From positions 186,001 through 250,000 of the forward strand of contig JAAOMT010000070.1 in the NCBI GenBank assembly GCA_016748015.1: a stretch of 64,000 nucleotides of DNA. The letters run 5' to 3'. The stretch comes from Geosiphon pyriformis uo1. Its lineage: Eukaryota > Fungi > Glomeromycota. The notes beneath the pieces are model-generated. The model made no database searches. It had not been told where the DNA came from and was given only the letters and a program-made list of their open reading frames with translations. Shown in pieces: positions 36,961-49,829 of the stretch (position 1 is the first letter of the stretch; each line of letters begins with the position of its first letter). A program made the translations under genes and the position numbers.

Positions 36961-37986
36961 AAAAATTATTCTAGCCACAGTTATTCTGTGTAGTTTCGAT
37001 TGAAAGGTTTTTTCAATGATTCAAAAACTCTTAGACTTGGAAAATTTTCCCCGAATTGACTTGATGTGATTGGGTGATGCTGTTTAACAGCAAATTCTCT
37101 ACAGAAAATAATAAATATTAAGTAAATAATACTAGGAAAGTTAACTAATTTCTTGAAAGATCTACCTACATAACAGAACTTTTGATTTTTTGTCTTTGGG
37201 TTCTCGCAATTAGTGACGCACTTGTCACGCAAAATGTGACATTTAGTAAGAGTTAACTGTGATGAATTGAATTTAAAAAAAAAACCCCCTCATCCTCCTC
37301 CATTTTGAGTAAATTATTCACACTAAAAGTATAATGAGAAGCTCAAAGAATTTGGAATTGTGACAGGCTTCACCATAAATTCATGCATTTTTAGTAATTT
37401 TCCCAACAGAATATTCTTGGAAAGAATTTTCTGTTCAACACTTAGAAGTTGTGAGTACTTATATATATATTTCTACAATGGTACAAAGTTGAGAAATTTG
37501 GTAGAAATAACACTGCTTCTTTTTTGTTTATTTTGCGTGTGACAAGACACCAAGCGACAAATTAGAAATAAACCATAGATACATTGGCTCCAATCTGATT
37601 AATGTTAACAGTGTGCAAGCAATAATCTTATTATGCTGCTGCATCATCACTCGTACCTTGATGCTGATAAGTGTTAAGAGCAATGTGGAATCCCAAACAA
37701 ATAATATCGATATATCATCCCTTATAATAACAAAAACTGATAGTAAAAGTTTTCTGAGACATTTCGGCTCTTTCTCATCAAACCCCCCCCCCCTCCACCC
37801 CACCCCCCTCCAAAAAAACTAATTTTTCTTGTAAGACTCGAGTAATAAGCTTGGAACTTACAAAAAACTATTAGAAATCTTGGCAGTTTAACATTTCCTT
37901 TTAGACGAATCCAGAACACAGTTCCCCTTTCCATTTTTTCTAAAATACGTTTCACCTGGCTCCTTGGCACAATTCACTTCAAAATA

Positions 37987-39210
37987 ATGAAGCCTTGTCG
38001 CTTCGTTATTGTTTTCTGGGCGTTCCTATCTCTAACTGCCTTATCGATAGTATGTCCACAGCCAATTTCAATTGGTTTACCTAGTCGCAGCTCCTCTTTG
38101 ACAACAAACTTTCCAAGGCAATTATTCAAACGAGAGATTGAAGAAAAAAATACTCTTTCACCAAATCATAGCAAGACCGCAGATCTTTACACTACACCCG
38201 ATAAGACTTTAACACACGTAAACGCAGAAACCTCACATATAAATTCAACATTAAATCACCCAAACAGTGAAGCCCATAAAAATAGTCAATATCAAGTGGA
38301 AAATACAAATAATTCGATCTATGAAACCGGAGTAGATAAAAAAAATAATACAATTTTTCTAAGCACTCAGGAAGAAATAGAAGCCCTTGAAAAGGAAACT
38401 TCTACGATTCATAAAGTTATAGTAATCTTATGCTCATTGGGAGGGGGGCTTCTTTTGGTGGCTATAGCTATAGCAATTCTTTACTGGAAGGTTCGTCGCC
38501 AACAAAAGATTGTAACCCAAGTGCAATACAATCAAAATCACGATGAGGACGCCACACCTTTATCAAAAGTTTCCGAAAATAATAGTAGCACTGACAGTCG
38601 TGGAGTTAGTATTGGAAATGTCACATCAAATGATGGAGAAAGTGATTTCACACCAATTTCCCAAGAAAAAATGGTCACCAGAGTTCATCATAATTATATA
38701 TTTCCTAATTCACCAATTTCTACTATTCAAATTGAAAGTCTTACGTCACAAACCACTGCTCCCTCAGCTCCACCTGCTGATAAAGTTGAAGCTTTGAATC
38801 ATGAAGTTCAAGTATCATTTCCTATTGAATACTCATTTCCACCCTCCCTTTCATCTCCCCCAGCTTATACACCAACGGCACCACCTCTCTATTCACTCCC
38901 TCATCTACCTATAACTCAAGATTATGTTGATTCTTCTATGCAAGAAATAATACTGAATACTGAAGGCAACTATCTGCCTTCAGTTTCTCCTACATTTCCA
39001 TGTTCAGCTGTTTTACGGATGTCTTCAGTGCCACTACCTGCTCATGTACCATCACTTCGAACAAACCTAATCAGACAAATGTCAAAAACTAAAGATGACG
39101 TAAGTTTTGGACGGTCATTTAATTCACAACCTAATTCCCCGATAGACAACCTAGAATTTCCAGCTTCTAGACGAACACGACATCAACGGCATAATTCTTG
39201 TGAGATATGA
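37987..39210 (+). CDS. Intact intronless 407-aa type I membrane protein: signal peptide, Ser/Thr/Asn-rich ectodomain, single TM, Pro/Ser-rich tail with PY motifs
   Basis: AAAATAATG start context; N-terminal hydrophobic FVIVFWAFLSLTALSIV; dibasic KR; TM VIVILCSLGGGLLLVAIAIAILYW followed by KVRR; PPAY and PPLY; no stops; CpG retained. Confidence 0.85.
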   Translation: MKPCRFVIVFWAFLSLTALSIVCPQPISIGLPSRSSSLTTNFPRQLFKREIEEKNTLSPNHSKTADLYTTPDKTLTHVNAETSHINSTLNHPNSEAHKNSQYQVENTNNSIYETGVDKKNNTIFLSTQEEIEALEKETSTIHKVIVILCSLGGGLLLVAIAIAILYWKVRRQQKIVTQVQYNQNHDEDATPLSKVSENNSSTDSRGVSIGNVTSNDGESDFTPISQEKMVTRVHHNYIFPNSPISTIQIESLTSQTTAPSAPPADKVEALNHEVQVSFPIEYSFPPSLSSPPAYTPTAPPLYSLPHLPITQDYVDSSMQEIILNTEGNYLPSVSPTFPCSAVLRMSSVPLPAHVPSLRTNLIRQMSKTKDDVSFGRSFNSQPNSPIDNLEFPASRRTRHQRHNSCEI

Positions 39211-39240
39211 AAAATATTCGTCTAATTCCTCAAATTCAGG

Positions 39241-39288
39241 ACTACTATTATTATTATTGTTATTATTATTACTATTATTACTATCATA
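39241..39288. repeat. (TAT/TAC)n microsatellite in the putative 3' UTR
   Basis: actactattattattattgttattattattactattattactatcataat. Confidence 0.85.
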
Positions 39289-42200
39289 ATTCTCTCCTCC
39301 AGAAAGTCCTGAACCCTACATTTTTAATCTTAATTGACACTCAATTTTTTTATTGCCTGTTTGTTTTTTCACAAAATTCCCACTCGACGGTTAAAAAACT
39401 GAAAAGACTTTTCAAGTTTTCAAAAGATAATTTTTTTTATCATTTGAAATTTGTCATTGGTGAACCTGACTATATATACTCCTTTAAGAGCATTAGCTTC
39501 GGCACTCTTCTAACTACACGTTTAGGAACTTACTTCAAAAAACACCAACCCATTTTTTTGATCAAATACCACAAAAAAAGGACATTCGACCTATCACCTA
39601 AAAGTTTAATATCTGTGAAATAAAAGGACAACTAAGATTGGTGATGACGCAGGAGGATGATTAATCTAATAGTTGGCAAGGAACAAAAACAGGCTGACTT
39701 GCTGCGTCTGATGAAAAATTCATAGACAATCCTGAAAGGCAAAATCAAAATTGAGAAATAGAAGGTGTTGAAGGATTGCCCGCTGCGAAGTTGACAAGTT
39801 TCAACATATAGAGATGGATGAGGTAGCTTGCTGTTTGGACAAAAAATTTATTACCGGATTCCCATTCGGCATAAGCGCTCAATTTTCTTCACACAAAACA
39901 TTTTAAGGGACAGCAACCACGCTTTGTAGATATATAAAAATATATATATAATTTTTTTAATGAAGTTTCAACCATTCAAACTGATTATTATTGGTTCGTC
40001 TGGTTGTTCACATTTGTTTTAATAATGATGGTGGAGACAACCTTATCTCAATTTGGGATTCCTGAAAGATAGCTTTTCTTACCATTTTGATTTTCGAATT
40101 GGCTTCCAATTAAGATATGGAATGTTCCCACCATTCTTGCTCCGTATTATTTCTTTTTCACTTTGCACCTTTAAAAAAAAATTAAAATTCCATCCTTGTA
40201 GTTTTCTTTGTAAATAGATTAATTTTAAAAATTCTGATGCTGTTTAATAAAACGCTCCTTTCAATCATTGCTTAATGTAACTGTTTTCATAAACGTTTAT
40301 ATTTAGACAAATTTTGATTCTTGAGAGTTAATTTTCTCCAAAAATCCCTTTCTACTCCATAATCATAATTCTTGCATCATACCAATACCTTTTACTCATC
40401 ATGTATTAAGATAGTTAAGAATCGATATTATATTCGCTTGCCAATTGTCATTCGATAAAGCTAACATTGAAAGTCTATAATTTCCAAATTTAATTTTCTG
40501 TGGCTTGAAGGCAGGGGCTTCATTTAATTCCAACTGGATTCTGAAAAATCCGAATTTTCCACGTGACAAACCCAGACAGTGAACATGTCAAATTCGGGGA
40601 TTCAAAATATATTTCAACCTTTGTTTTAAACGAAATATAGGTAACACACATGCAATAAAAATTAACATTAACCGGAAAAGCAGCCTACTTTTTCTTAATT
40701 ATACGTTGGAATTTCAGAATGTCAGGTGTTTGACGAAAGAATTGAGTTCTCTTTAGATTTATCTTTTAAATGTAGTTTATAATATCCTTCATGATTTTTT
40801 GAAAATTGATTCAATATGCTTTTGTATTAAAATGTTTGCATTATATTGTATTAATCTTTTTTTGTTGTTGTTGTTGTTACTATCTTTATTATTATTACTT
40901 TTTGCCAACCATTTTTTTTCACAATTGCTGTCTTTGATTAATATAATTTAAATTATAAAATTTACCTTTTACTGTTATTACTGTTTTAATTATTATTTTA
41001 ATCGAAAAAATTCAAAAAAATAAATTATAAACAGTATTTACTTTTTTCTTTTGTTATTATTGTTATCATTATTTTGCTATTATTTTGATTTAAAATTAAA
41101 AAGTTAGTAGTTTTTAATTACATATATATTTTTTTTTGTATTAAATTTTTAATAAAAAATTGATATATAATTAAATACTTTATGTTATTAGTTAAACCAA
41201 ATTTATTATTAACAATTAACTTTTTATTACAATTAGCTTTTAATTTAGAATTTAAGATGATTGGGCTAGAATGAATTTGGTTTATTGTGAGAAGTGTGGG
41301 CATTTTGGGTATTCAGCTCTTGAATGTGATACTTCAGACATGTTTATACTGCTGTCATCCAAAAAATCATATAAAAAGATTGCTTCAGAGGAAGTTTGCT
41401 TTTGGCTTGTTAAGTTATATAAGAAAAAAAATGTTCTGATCTCTTGTTCTACTGCCTTTGGTGGCAAATCTTGAACCCAAGTGGTTTCACTTGCTGATTT
41501 TTCTGGTGGTACTCATTTTGGGTCTGGTTCTAGTTCTCCTCCTTTTGGTGTTTCAAGTTTAGGTGGTACTTTTCCTTCTATTTTTACTGATACCTCTTTT
41601 TTAAGTAATTGTTTGGCTTTCTTGGAATGTTTCTTGGAACTTTTAACTGATCAAGTTTCTGGTATTATGCACAAGCTCAACAATTTTAAATTGATGTCTC
41701 AAGCTTCTCTTTTTTTTTTCTTAGTTTTGAATACTCCAATGACTGCTAATTTGGATCTGAATTTGACAATGATTTTGGATGGCCCTAACTTAATGTCTCC
41801 ACTTCTTTCTTTTATTGTTTTTGATGTTTCGGTTTTTGGTCTAAGTAGTTCAAAAGTGCCAACTACCAAGATAGGTTTTTTGAAATCTAAGCTGGTGGCT
41901 TTCAATGTCTCTGTTGGCTCAGTGTTGGTAAAATTAGATCAGTTGTGTACTGGATTGGGCTTTTAAGTATCTTTACTCTCCTAATGAATAGTTTAATATA
42001 AAAAGTTGCTACATGCAATGTTTGTAGCATTAATGTGCCGGCTAAGCAAAAAAATATTGTGTGTTGGCACATGAAATCTGGTAATATGATTTCTATAATC
42101 ACAGAAATGAAATTGAGATTTAGTATTAGGCCTTGGATTATAAACAAGTTTAATAGTATGTAGATGTTTATGTTTGGTTTGAATAAAGGTTTTCTTGGTG

Positions 42201-45200
42201 CTGGAGTGGTGATTATCATAAACAATTCCTTGGCTCGACATGTTTTCAAGATTAAGAAGATGTCTGGTTATGTCATTTCTGTTTGGCTTCTTTTCAGAAG
42301 CAAGCTTTTGGTCACAATTTTAGGCTTGTATGCTGGTGCCTCTGTTGAAACCAGGTTTGGTCAAGCAATTGAAGTTAATTTTTTTATTGCAAGGGCAGTT
42401 AATACCAGTACTTTCATGGTCTTGAATGGGAATTTTAATGAGAATAGTTCTAAGAAAAATGCAAGCTTTCAATTCTGTTTAGATTTGGGTTTGGTCAATA
42501 TACTTGGAGATTATCATTTGGCCAAGGCTTCCATATAGAGCAATTTGAAGGGGGTCGAAAAGGTTATTGATTACATTTTTGTTAGTGAGTGTCTGTTGTT
42601 AACAATTGCTGGTTATGAAGTTGCCTCTACTTCTGATTTTTTTAATACTAATCACAAGACTGTCATGGTGTATTTCTGTCAAGTTTTCTTCTGTGTTTAA
42701 TGGGTTCTTATTCGTAAATGTTAATGGAAATCTTGAGAATATGTAGAATTTGCTAGAGAGAGTGATGATAGATTCGGCTAATAAGATTTTCTCTAAACAT
42801 TGGTTTCGCAATGTTAATTGTTTTTTCAACAAACATTTTTCTAAGTTTTTTAAACTGGAACTGCTGATTGTCAAAGTGGTTAAGTTTCTTCAATCTGGTA
42901 ACTTTTTTAGGACTGCTTTACTGCTTGATACTTGGTTAATTGCTGATAAAGTTAGAGCTTTTGAAGTTTAGGACATATTAGATAATGACACCAGCAGAGT
43001 AAACACTTTTAATTGCTTGTCCAGGATTAGGAAAAGTTACTGTTGTTCCAAAATGCATGAGTCTAAAACTGTTCAATCTGTTGCTATTAGATGTGCTATT
43101 AATAAAAAGATGGAAAATTTTTGTTCAGATAAAGACTGTAAGATCAAAAGTATTTTAAATAAGCCATTTCATAAAGTAATCCTTGACTATTTAATTGTTA
43201 ATGATAAGTTGGTGTTGGACTCTGATAAGGTTAAATCCAAGGTAGATACTATAATAGAGGGATGGACCAGAAAACGTTTAGTTTCTGGGTCTTTGTTTGA
43301 TCTTTGGATTTATTAATATGCCCCTTTGTATTATGTAGATGACAATGCCTTTTCTAGTGTCATAGATGCTATTAGTTTCAGTGAGCTGAATCAAGTTGTC
43401 AAATATTTACCAAATAGAAAGGCTGCTGGTCTTAGTGGTATTCCTAATGAATTGTGGAAACATTGTGATAATAATGTTCTCAGGAGTTTTTTTGATCTTT
43501 TGAATTTGTGTTTAAGATTGGAGGCTGTTTCTTTTTTGTAAAAGAGAGTGTGAGTTTTTATGATACCAAAGCTTTATGAATAGAATGGTGTCTTGACAAA
43601 TACTCATCTTATTGCATTAATTGAAACTGCTTGTAAGATTTTTTCTAAAATTCTTTCAAATTGGATTTTTTTTGTTTACAGTAAGTTCAACATTCTCCAT
43701 GAGAATAATTTCTCAGTTTTGAAGAGTACTTCAATGCAGTCTCCTGTTTTTGCAGTCAGTTTGGTGGTCAAAAATGCTTTGGAAAAAGACAGAGAGGTTT
43801 GGTTGGTTTTGTAGAATATGCACAAGACATATGATTTAGTTGGGTGGTATCACTTGAGAACTAGTTTGTGGCATATCAAAATGTGTGAGAGGTTCATTGA
43901 ATTTTTTGGTAGAATTTACAAGAATAGATTGAACAGAGTTATGCCAGATTTTGGCCTTTTAGATAGGTATTAAGTTTTTGATGGCCTCAATTAGAGTGAA
44001 GTGTTTTCTCCTCTTCTTTGGCATATTTTTTATGACCCCTTTTTGTGTAAAATCAAAAGACAAAAAAGTGTATGTGATTACAAGATTGATACCAAGTTTG
44101 TGGCCAAGATGGACAGAATTGATAACATGAGTGGGATGATCTTCTTTTTTGCAACTGGAGCTTTTGTGGATAATACTATCTGAATTGGAAATAGCCAATC
44201 TGCTATTCAGTTTATATTGAACATTGCCAGTAAGTTTTTCTTGATAAATAATATTTCAATTAACAATGACAAAATAGTTGCTATTTCTATCAATAAAAAA
44301 ATAAAAGATGCTGCTTTCAAGATTAGTGGGTTCCCTATTTCGATTGCCAAGTGTGATATACTTTACAGGTACTTGGATATTTTTTTGTCCACAAATGATC
44401 TGTCTAAACCCAGTTTGGCTAAAACTTAGTCTGATGTTAAATTTTTTTTCAATATGGTGTTAAGAAAAATAATTTCGGATAAGCAGTTTTTGTATTTGGT
44501 CTTGACAGTTCTGTAGCCCATTGTTGGCTATTGTATCCAGTTTAGTTTTATACTTTTTACTGTTTGCTGGTATTGGAATGCTTTGGTTAGGAAAGGTTTT
44601 AAGTCAAAAACTGGGCTGCTATGTGATTTTCCATGCAAAATACTATATTATTTAGTGTTATATGGTCTAAAAACATTTAAACAGATTCAGGCTGAAGGAA
44701 AGTCAGCATCAGTTGTCAGTTTTACTAATGCTTCTAAGATTCTTGGTCAGCTTTTTAAGCACAGATTTCTGGATTTGCAAGTTTTGAGCTGGGCTTCTCT
44801 GAACTTTTTGCAATATTCTGTACAGTTATGTGTTAGTCCTTTAAACAATTTTTTGGCTGGAATTGTGTGTGTTTTTTTAGACAATAGTATTTCTATGACT
44901 AATTATTTGCCTTGTGCTTTTTGTTGTCCAAACAGGTTTCCTGTTTTGAAAGTTTTGGGGCCATTATTGTATTATGATCATGTTAGTTCCTTGAAGAGCT
45001 TTGGTGTGGCTTTCTGTGACCAATTTTTAAATAAATGTGATAAGGTTCTGGATTGAAAGATGTTTCGATGTTGAAAGAAATTGGACCGTAGGAGTTCTGT
45101 GTCCTCTTGGTTTGTTTTGGTGTCAAATTTTTTACATAATAATGTGTTCATGTCTATGCCTTCTGATGGAGATTCTATGTTGGATGTTGGTAATATGTTG

Positions 45201-45816
45201 TTGTTTGATCAGTTTTCTGATATTAAGAGTGGCTTGCTTAAAATCTGGTCAAATATTTTTACTATATATATAAATGGTTCTTTAAAAAGACTTGGTTTTG
45301 TTGATGTGGCTGGGGGTGCTGCTGTGTTTTTTTCTGAGATTGATATGGGCATTGGAATTCGGGTTTTTGGGCATTTGTTTTCTATAATAACTGAATTACA
45401 GGCTGTTGCTTTGGCTTTAGAATGCGTGTTCTCTTTTTGTTCAGTGGTGGTGTATTTGGACAGTTATGCTGCTTTGAATGTATGTGTTTCAGAATTGAGG
45501 TTACCTCGTTCTGATTTTTGCAGTTGTTGTTAGATGTAGAGGAAACATATTGTAAATTTGATTGCTAATAAAGACATTCTGTGGTTTGATCAAAAATCAA
45601 AGGCCATTCAGAAGTTCTAGGTAATGTTTGTACAGATGCTTTGGCAGGGGGAGCTGCTCACTTTTTCTTGCTGTTGTCAACTAATGTGTGTAAGCGCTTT
45701 ATTGTGGCTAATAGACTGCCAGTTTCTGATAATGTTTGTCATTTTGTTTAGAATGTTTTTAGATTGGTGAATTGAATACATTGGGAAATTGGTCCCAGTT
45801 TTAGAGTTTTGGGTGG

Positions 45817-46653
45817 TGTTACTTATAGAAATATAGGAAATATATTAGCATGATTATTAGCCAATTAGAAGTAGGCATAGTAAAGGTGGAATTCCAGAAT
45901 TTCTCTCAGGAATTGCAGGATTCCAGGAATTTCAGGATTCCCCAATGAGGAATTACAGAATTCCAAAATTCCAGGATTCTTCTCAAAGGAATTGCAGGAT
46001 TTCAGGAATTCCAGAATTCCTGTCGTGAAGAATCGAGGAATTGAAGAATTTTAATTATGTATATATAGCAATAGTGTTAGAAACAGAAAAGACAGAATTG
46101 ATACCACAGAATTCTTAGTTTAGAAACAAAATCATCAAATAAATAATTATTTCATATCTCAATTTGCTTTCCACTATCAACACTTTATGTTGATAGTAAT
46201 TAATACATAACTACACTGAAACAATAGCTCTTGATCACAGCTATTGACGGAATATTAAATCTGCAAATTGCCTTGGCTTATTTCTTTAGATTTCTTTATT
46301 TTTCTTTATTTTCTGTGATTTTGTTATCGTGCACTAACCAATTGATTAAAAGCGCTGATTACTAATGTCAAGGATTGTCTGGTAAAAGACCTCTGCGAGA
46401 GGGTAGGCCATGTACAGAAGATACGAAATACTTATCAGAGGATTGCTGGCCACCAAGCCAAGAAAAAAATTGACAGACTTGCGAGTCTGGGAAGCTATGG
46501 ATAAAACCATTATTGAATCTCTGTTCATTATACAAAAGACTCCATCAAAACCTTCAGATACAACCCTTTCAGAACATCATCAACAAAAATAGCTTTTGAG
46601 CACCAAGTTACAGGTTTTATTTAATCCAACCAAAGAAATATTCACCTGTAACA
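45817..46653 (+). repeat. 5' LTR of element E
   Basis: Paired with 55106-55919; GAATTCCAG/GGATTCCAG ~9-bp array; TATA ATGTATATATAGC at ~46057. Confidence 0.97.
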
Positions 46654-46671
46654 TTTGGTGCTCCCTGTAAG
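46654..46671 (+). promoter_or_regulatory. Primer-binding site (complementary to a tRNA 3' end ...GGGAGCACCA; tRNA unassigned)
   Basis: TT-TGGTGCTCCCTGTAAG immediately after the LTR CA; same TGGTGCT core in elements A and C. Confidence 0.85.
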
Positions 46672-48760
46672 ATATAATTCTACAGAAAACCAGCACCAAC
46701 GACACCAAACCAAAAGTGGCAGAATCAGAAAATATAGGAGCAAACCATTTAGAATTCACGAAATTCTTGTTTCAACAATACAGCCAATAATTAGGATTGA
46801 ACAGTAATCATTACCCAGCCGAATCAGCCTTCAACTTTTACGTCAACGACAAAATTACTGAATGCTTAGGAGGAACAGGTAACATTAAAGCAGCAAGAGA
46901 AAACTTTTACACAGAATTATTTCAACACATCAACTTACCAAGGAACTATAGTTTTACACCAATAATCAAAAAAATCAACCAAACTATTGAAAGGTACACT
47001 AAACAACAATTTCCCATTACCTATGCAGACAAAGGTAAAGGAAGAATACAAACACCAGCAGCAACACCAAAAGGAATACAGTTACTTAGTTGGAAGAAAC
47101 ACAGAGTAGAATCACTAACCGCTCTATCATATCACTACACACCTGGAAGCACCATTAACATCTCATCAGCAGACACGTCCACCTCAAACACAACATCAAC
47201 ATTTGGAAGATTTTAGTTCCAAAGCAAACAATAGAAGGAAGACTTACTAGGACCATATAGAGTGTATTTTGAAGAATTTAAATCATGATTACCAACTTCA
47301 TCAGGAATTCGATCACTGCCATCTCAACCAGACTTTGAAACCATTACCCCGTAGAAACTATCTGAAGAAGAAGAGAAAGAAGAATCGGAAAGTCAAGAAT
47401 TTATTTATCAAAACCCAATCACTGAAAACCCAGAAGTTGAAACTCTAAATCTTCAAGCTCAGCAAAATCTAAATCTAGAAAATTCGGAAATCGAAACTCC
47501 GAATTATCAAAAGCAGAACAATTCAAATTCCGAATTAATTAATCAGCAAAACTTATCTCCGGTAATTGTCATTGATCAACCACTGATTAATTCCATAGCC
47601 AAACTCATACAACAGCCATTTCAACTACCACCCCAACAACCAGTACAACAACAACTGCTTCAACAGCCACCACAACCACCTAACTTAGATCCAATGGCCT
47701 ATGCACCAATTGCAAAACTTGACAACTTTACTGGCAAAAAGGATGACACTCAAGTATGGCTGAATAATATAGAAAAGGCCATCGCAGCCAACGAATGGAA
47801 TGACGCTCAAGCAATGCAAGCCATTCCCTACTTTCTCAAGGATACCACCGATTCATGGTATCAGAGCTTGGTTAATAAACCACAAGATTTCAATGCCTTC
47901 AAAGCAGAATTTCTAAGATACTTCAGCAATAATAACAGCATCAATCGCCTAGTCAATACATTCACCACCATAAAACAGGGAGAAACTGAAGCAGTTACCA
48001 CTTACCTGGAATGCTTCCATCAAAACCTGCGCCAAATTCAAGCAATTGATGCCAACTATTTTACAGCACCACAGATACTCAATCAGTTTATCCGTGGCCT
48101 GTACAGCAGCATTTTACAACATGTATATCTGTTGCATCCTAGCACCCTTCAAGACACAGTTACATGCACCAGAGATTTTGAATTCACTGAGTTAGAGACC
48201 AACCACGCCCAAGCCATTAACCTAGTAATAAATGGATCATCTGAATTGGATTCCAAATTGGAAAAGTTCAGTGAATCAATTAATAAGAAATTAGAAAGAT
48301 ACTTAGCTGACAATCACACCATTTATTAGCCTCCACAACAACACAATAATCAAAGGAATTCTAATCGTAGCCAAAATCAATCACATCTATCATCTTCAAC
48401 AGCACCTAGTCTAACATGGCAGCCAGAAATGCATGTCTGCCACAACTGTGGTAAACAAGGCCATATTCAAGTTAATTGCCATACTTATAACAATCAACGA
48501 TCAGAAAATCAATACAAAAACCCTGATTACCAGTTCCAAACTCCAAATTGTTATCCAAATCACAATCAAAACCAATATCAAAATACTTACCTGCCAATAA
48601 TGCAGCAACCAATCTACTAACTGCCAGTATATCAAACCCCAGTTTATCAACTGCAGCCACTGGCAATTTATCAATAGCAGTTCCCAATAATTTATCAGCT
48701 GCAGCCCCAAATAATTTATTAGTCTCAACCATCAATTCAAACACCACTCCAAAACTTAGC
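46672..48760 (+). pseudogene. gag of element E (N-terminal extension, capsid 47694-48329, CCHC ~48438-48480)
   Basis: MAYAPIAKLDNF...QILNQFIRGL; CHNCGKQGHIQVNC; same frame as downstream pol. Confidence 0.92.
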
Positions 48761-49129
48761 TATGATGACATCAGGAAACCTGAGACCCAGAATTGCTCAA
48801 AATTGGAGATCGGCGATGGTTGTTCATCAACCGATCCCCAGTTCCTTTCACCAAAGCTTAGGATCCTGTTCTCAGAATTTGGGTACTGGTGCCACTCAAC
48901 ACCCGAATTCCCAAAACTATTTAAGTCTCCTGGTTACTCCAGAAGACATCACATCCAGCAACTTGGAATCAGACCAACCAATAACACTTACCAACAACAT
49001 CCTACCAGCAATAGTCACCAATGACAAATCATTAGCAGCCATCTTCTCTTTTGAACTGGAGGGACCATCCCGATTACTGTTATTTAGTGGAGCCATTCTC
49101 GAGGAGAAACCCATTACAGTGATGTACAC

Positions 49130-49490
49130 TGATGCGAAAGTAGATGGACATCTGATCAAACTCATCCTTGATAGTGGTTCAGCAGGCAGCATTATTACAC
49201 AACAACTTATGGACCAATTAAGTCACTGAGTTGATCGGGCTGCTAGTGCTCATATAATTACTGCTGATGGAGCAACTAAAACCCCAATTGGCGAGATAGA
49301 TGACTTCTCATTTGAAGTCAATAGCATCATCACTCCCATCAAAGTCTTGGTAATAGAAGCCACCCAATACCAAGCTCTAGTTGGTAATAACTGGCTGTTC
49401 AAAACCAATGCTGTTCTGGACTGGACAATGCAAGAGCTCTAACTAAGTGTCAATGGTCAACACACACATGTGCCAGCCATGTGTGGCCAC
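49130..49490 (+). pseudogene. Aspartic protease of element E
   Basis: IKLILDSGSAGSII; ITADGATKTPIGEID; ALVGNNWL. Confidence 0.92.
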
Positions 49491-49829
49491 TTCAAGGTTC
49501 CTTCAAAAGAGGAACTATTGATAGAGCTGGAGGAAAAAAAAAAGCCTATCTGGGAAGCTTTTCAAGTCTCCTGGGCCGATGCTGATCACAATGAACTACC
49601 ACCCATACTCTCATGGAATGACAAGAGAAAGAAGAAAGAAGAAGAACTTACTTAGAAACCAAACCTAGGAGCATGGGGTAAGAATAAACTAAGCAAATTA
49701 ACTGCCAAGTGGACCTGGGAACAAAAGAGAAAAGGGAAAGAAAAAGAAAACGACCAACCACCAAGCACCAATTCAACTCATATCCCATACTCTATGCCAC
49801 CACAAACAGAATACCGTTAACCCAAACTA

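Noticed and set aside
37613-37822. 69-aa ORF with a hydrophobic start
   Set aside because: Non-ATG start, runs into the poly-C tract; more likely promoter or 5' UTR
39207-39623. 138-aa ORF with poly-Tyr
   Set aside because: Arises from a TAT microsatellite in the 3' flank; no protein-like features
39700-39745. CTGATGA...GAAA hammerhead-like core
   Set aside because: Intervening sequence cannot form stem II; no stems I/III
45887-46050. Regular palindromic repeats as a CRISPR array (also the 17-mers at 56809)
   Set aside because: No unique spacers, eukaryotic TE context, no cas genes
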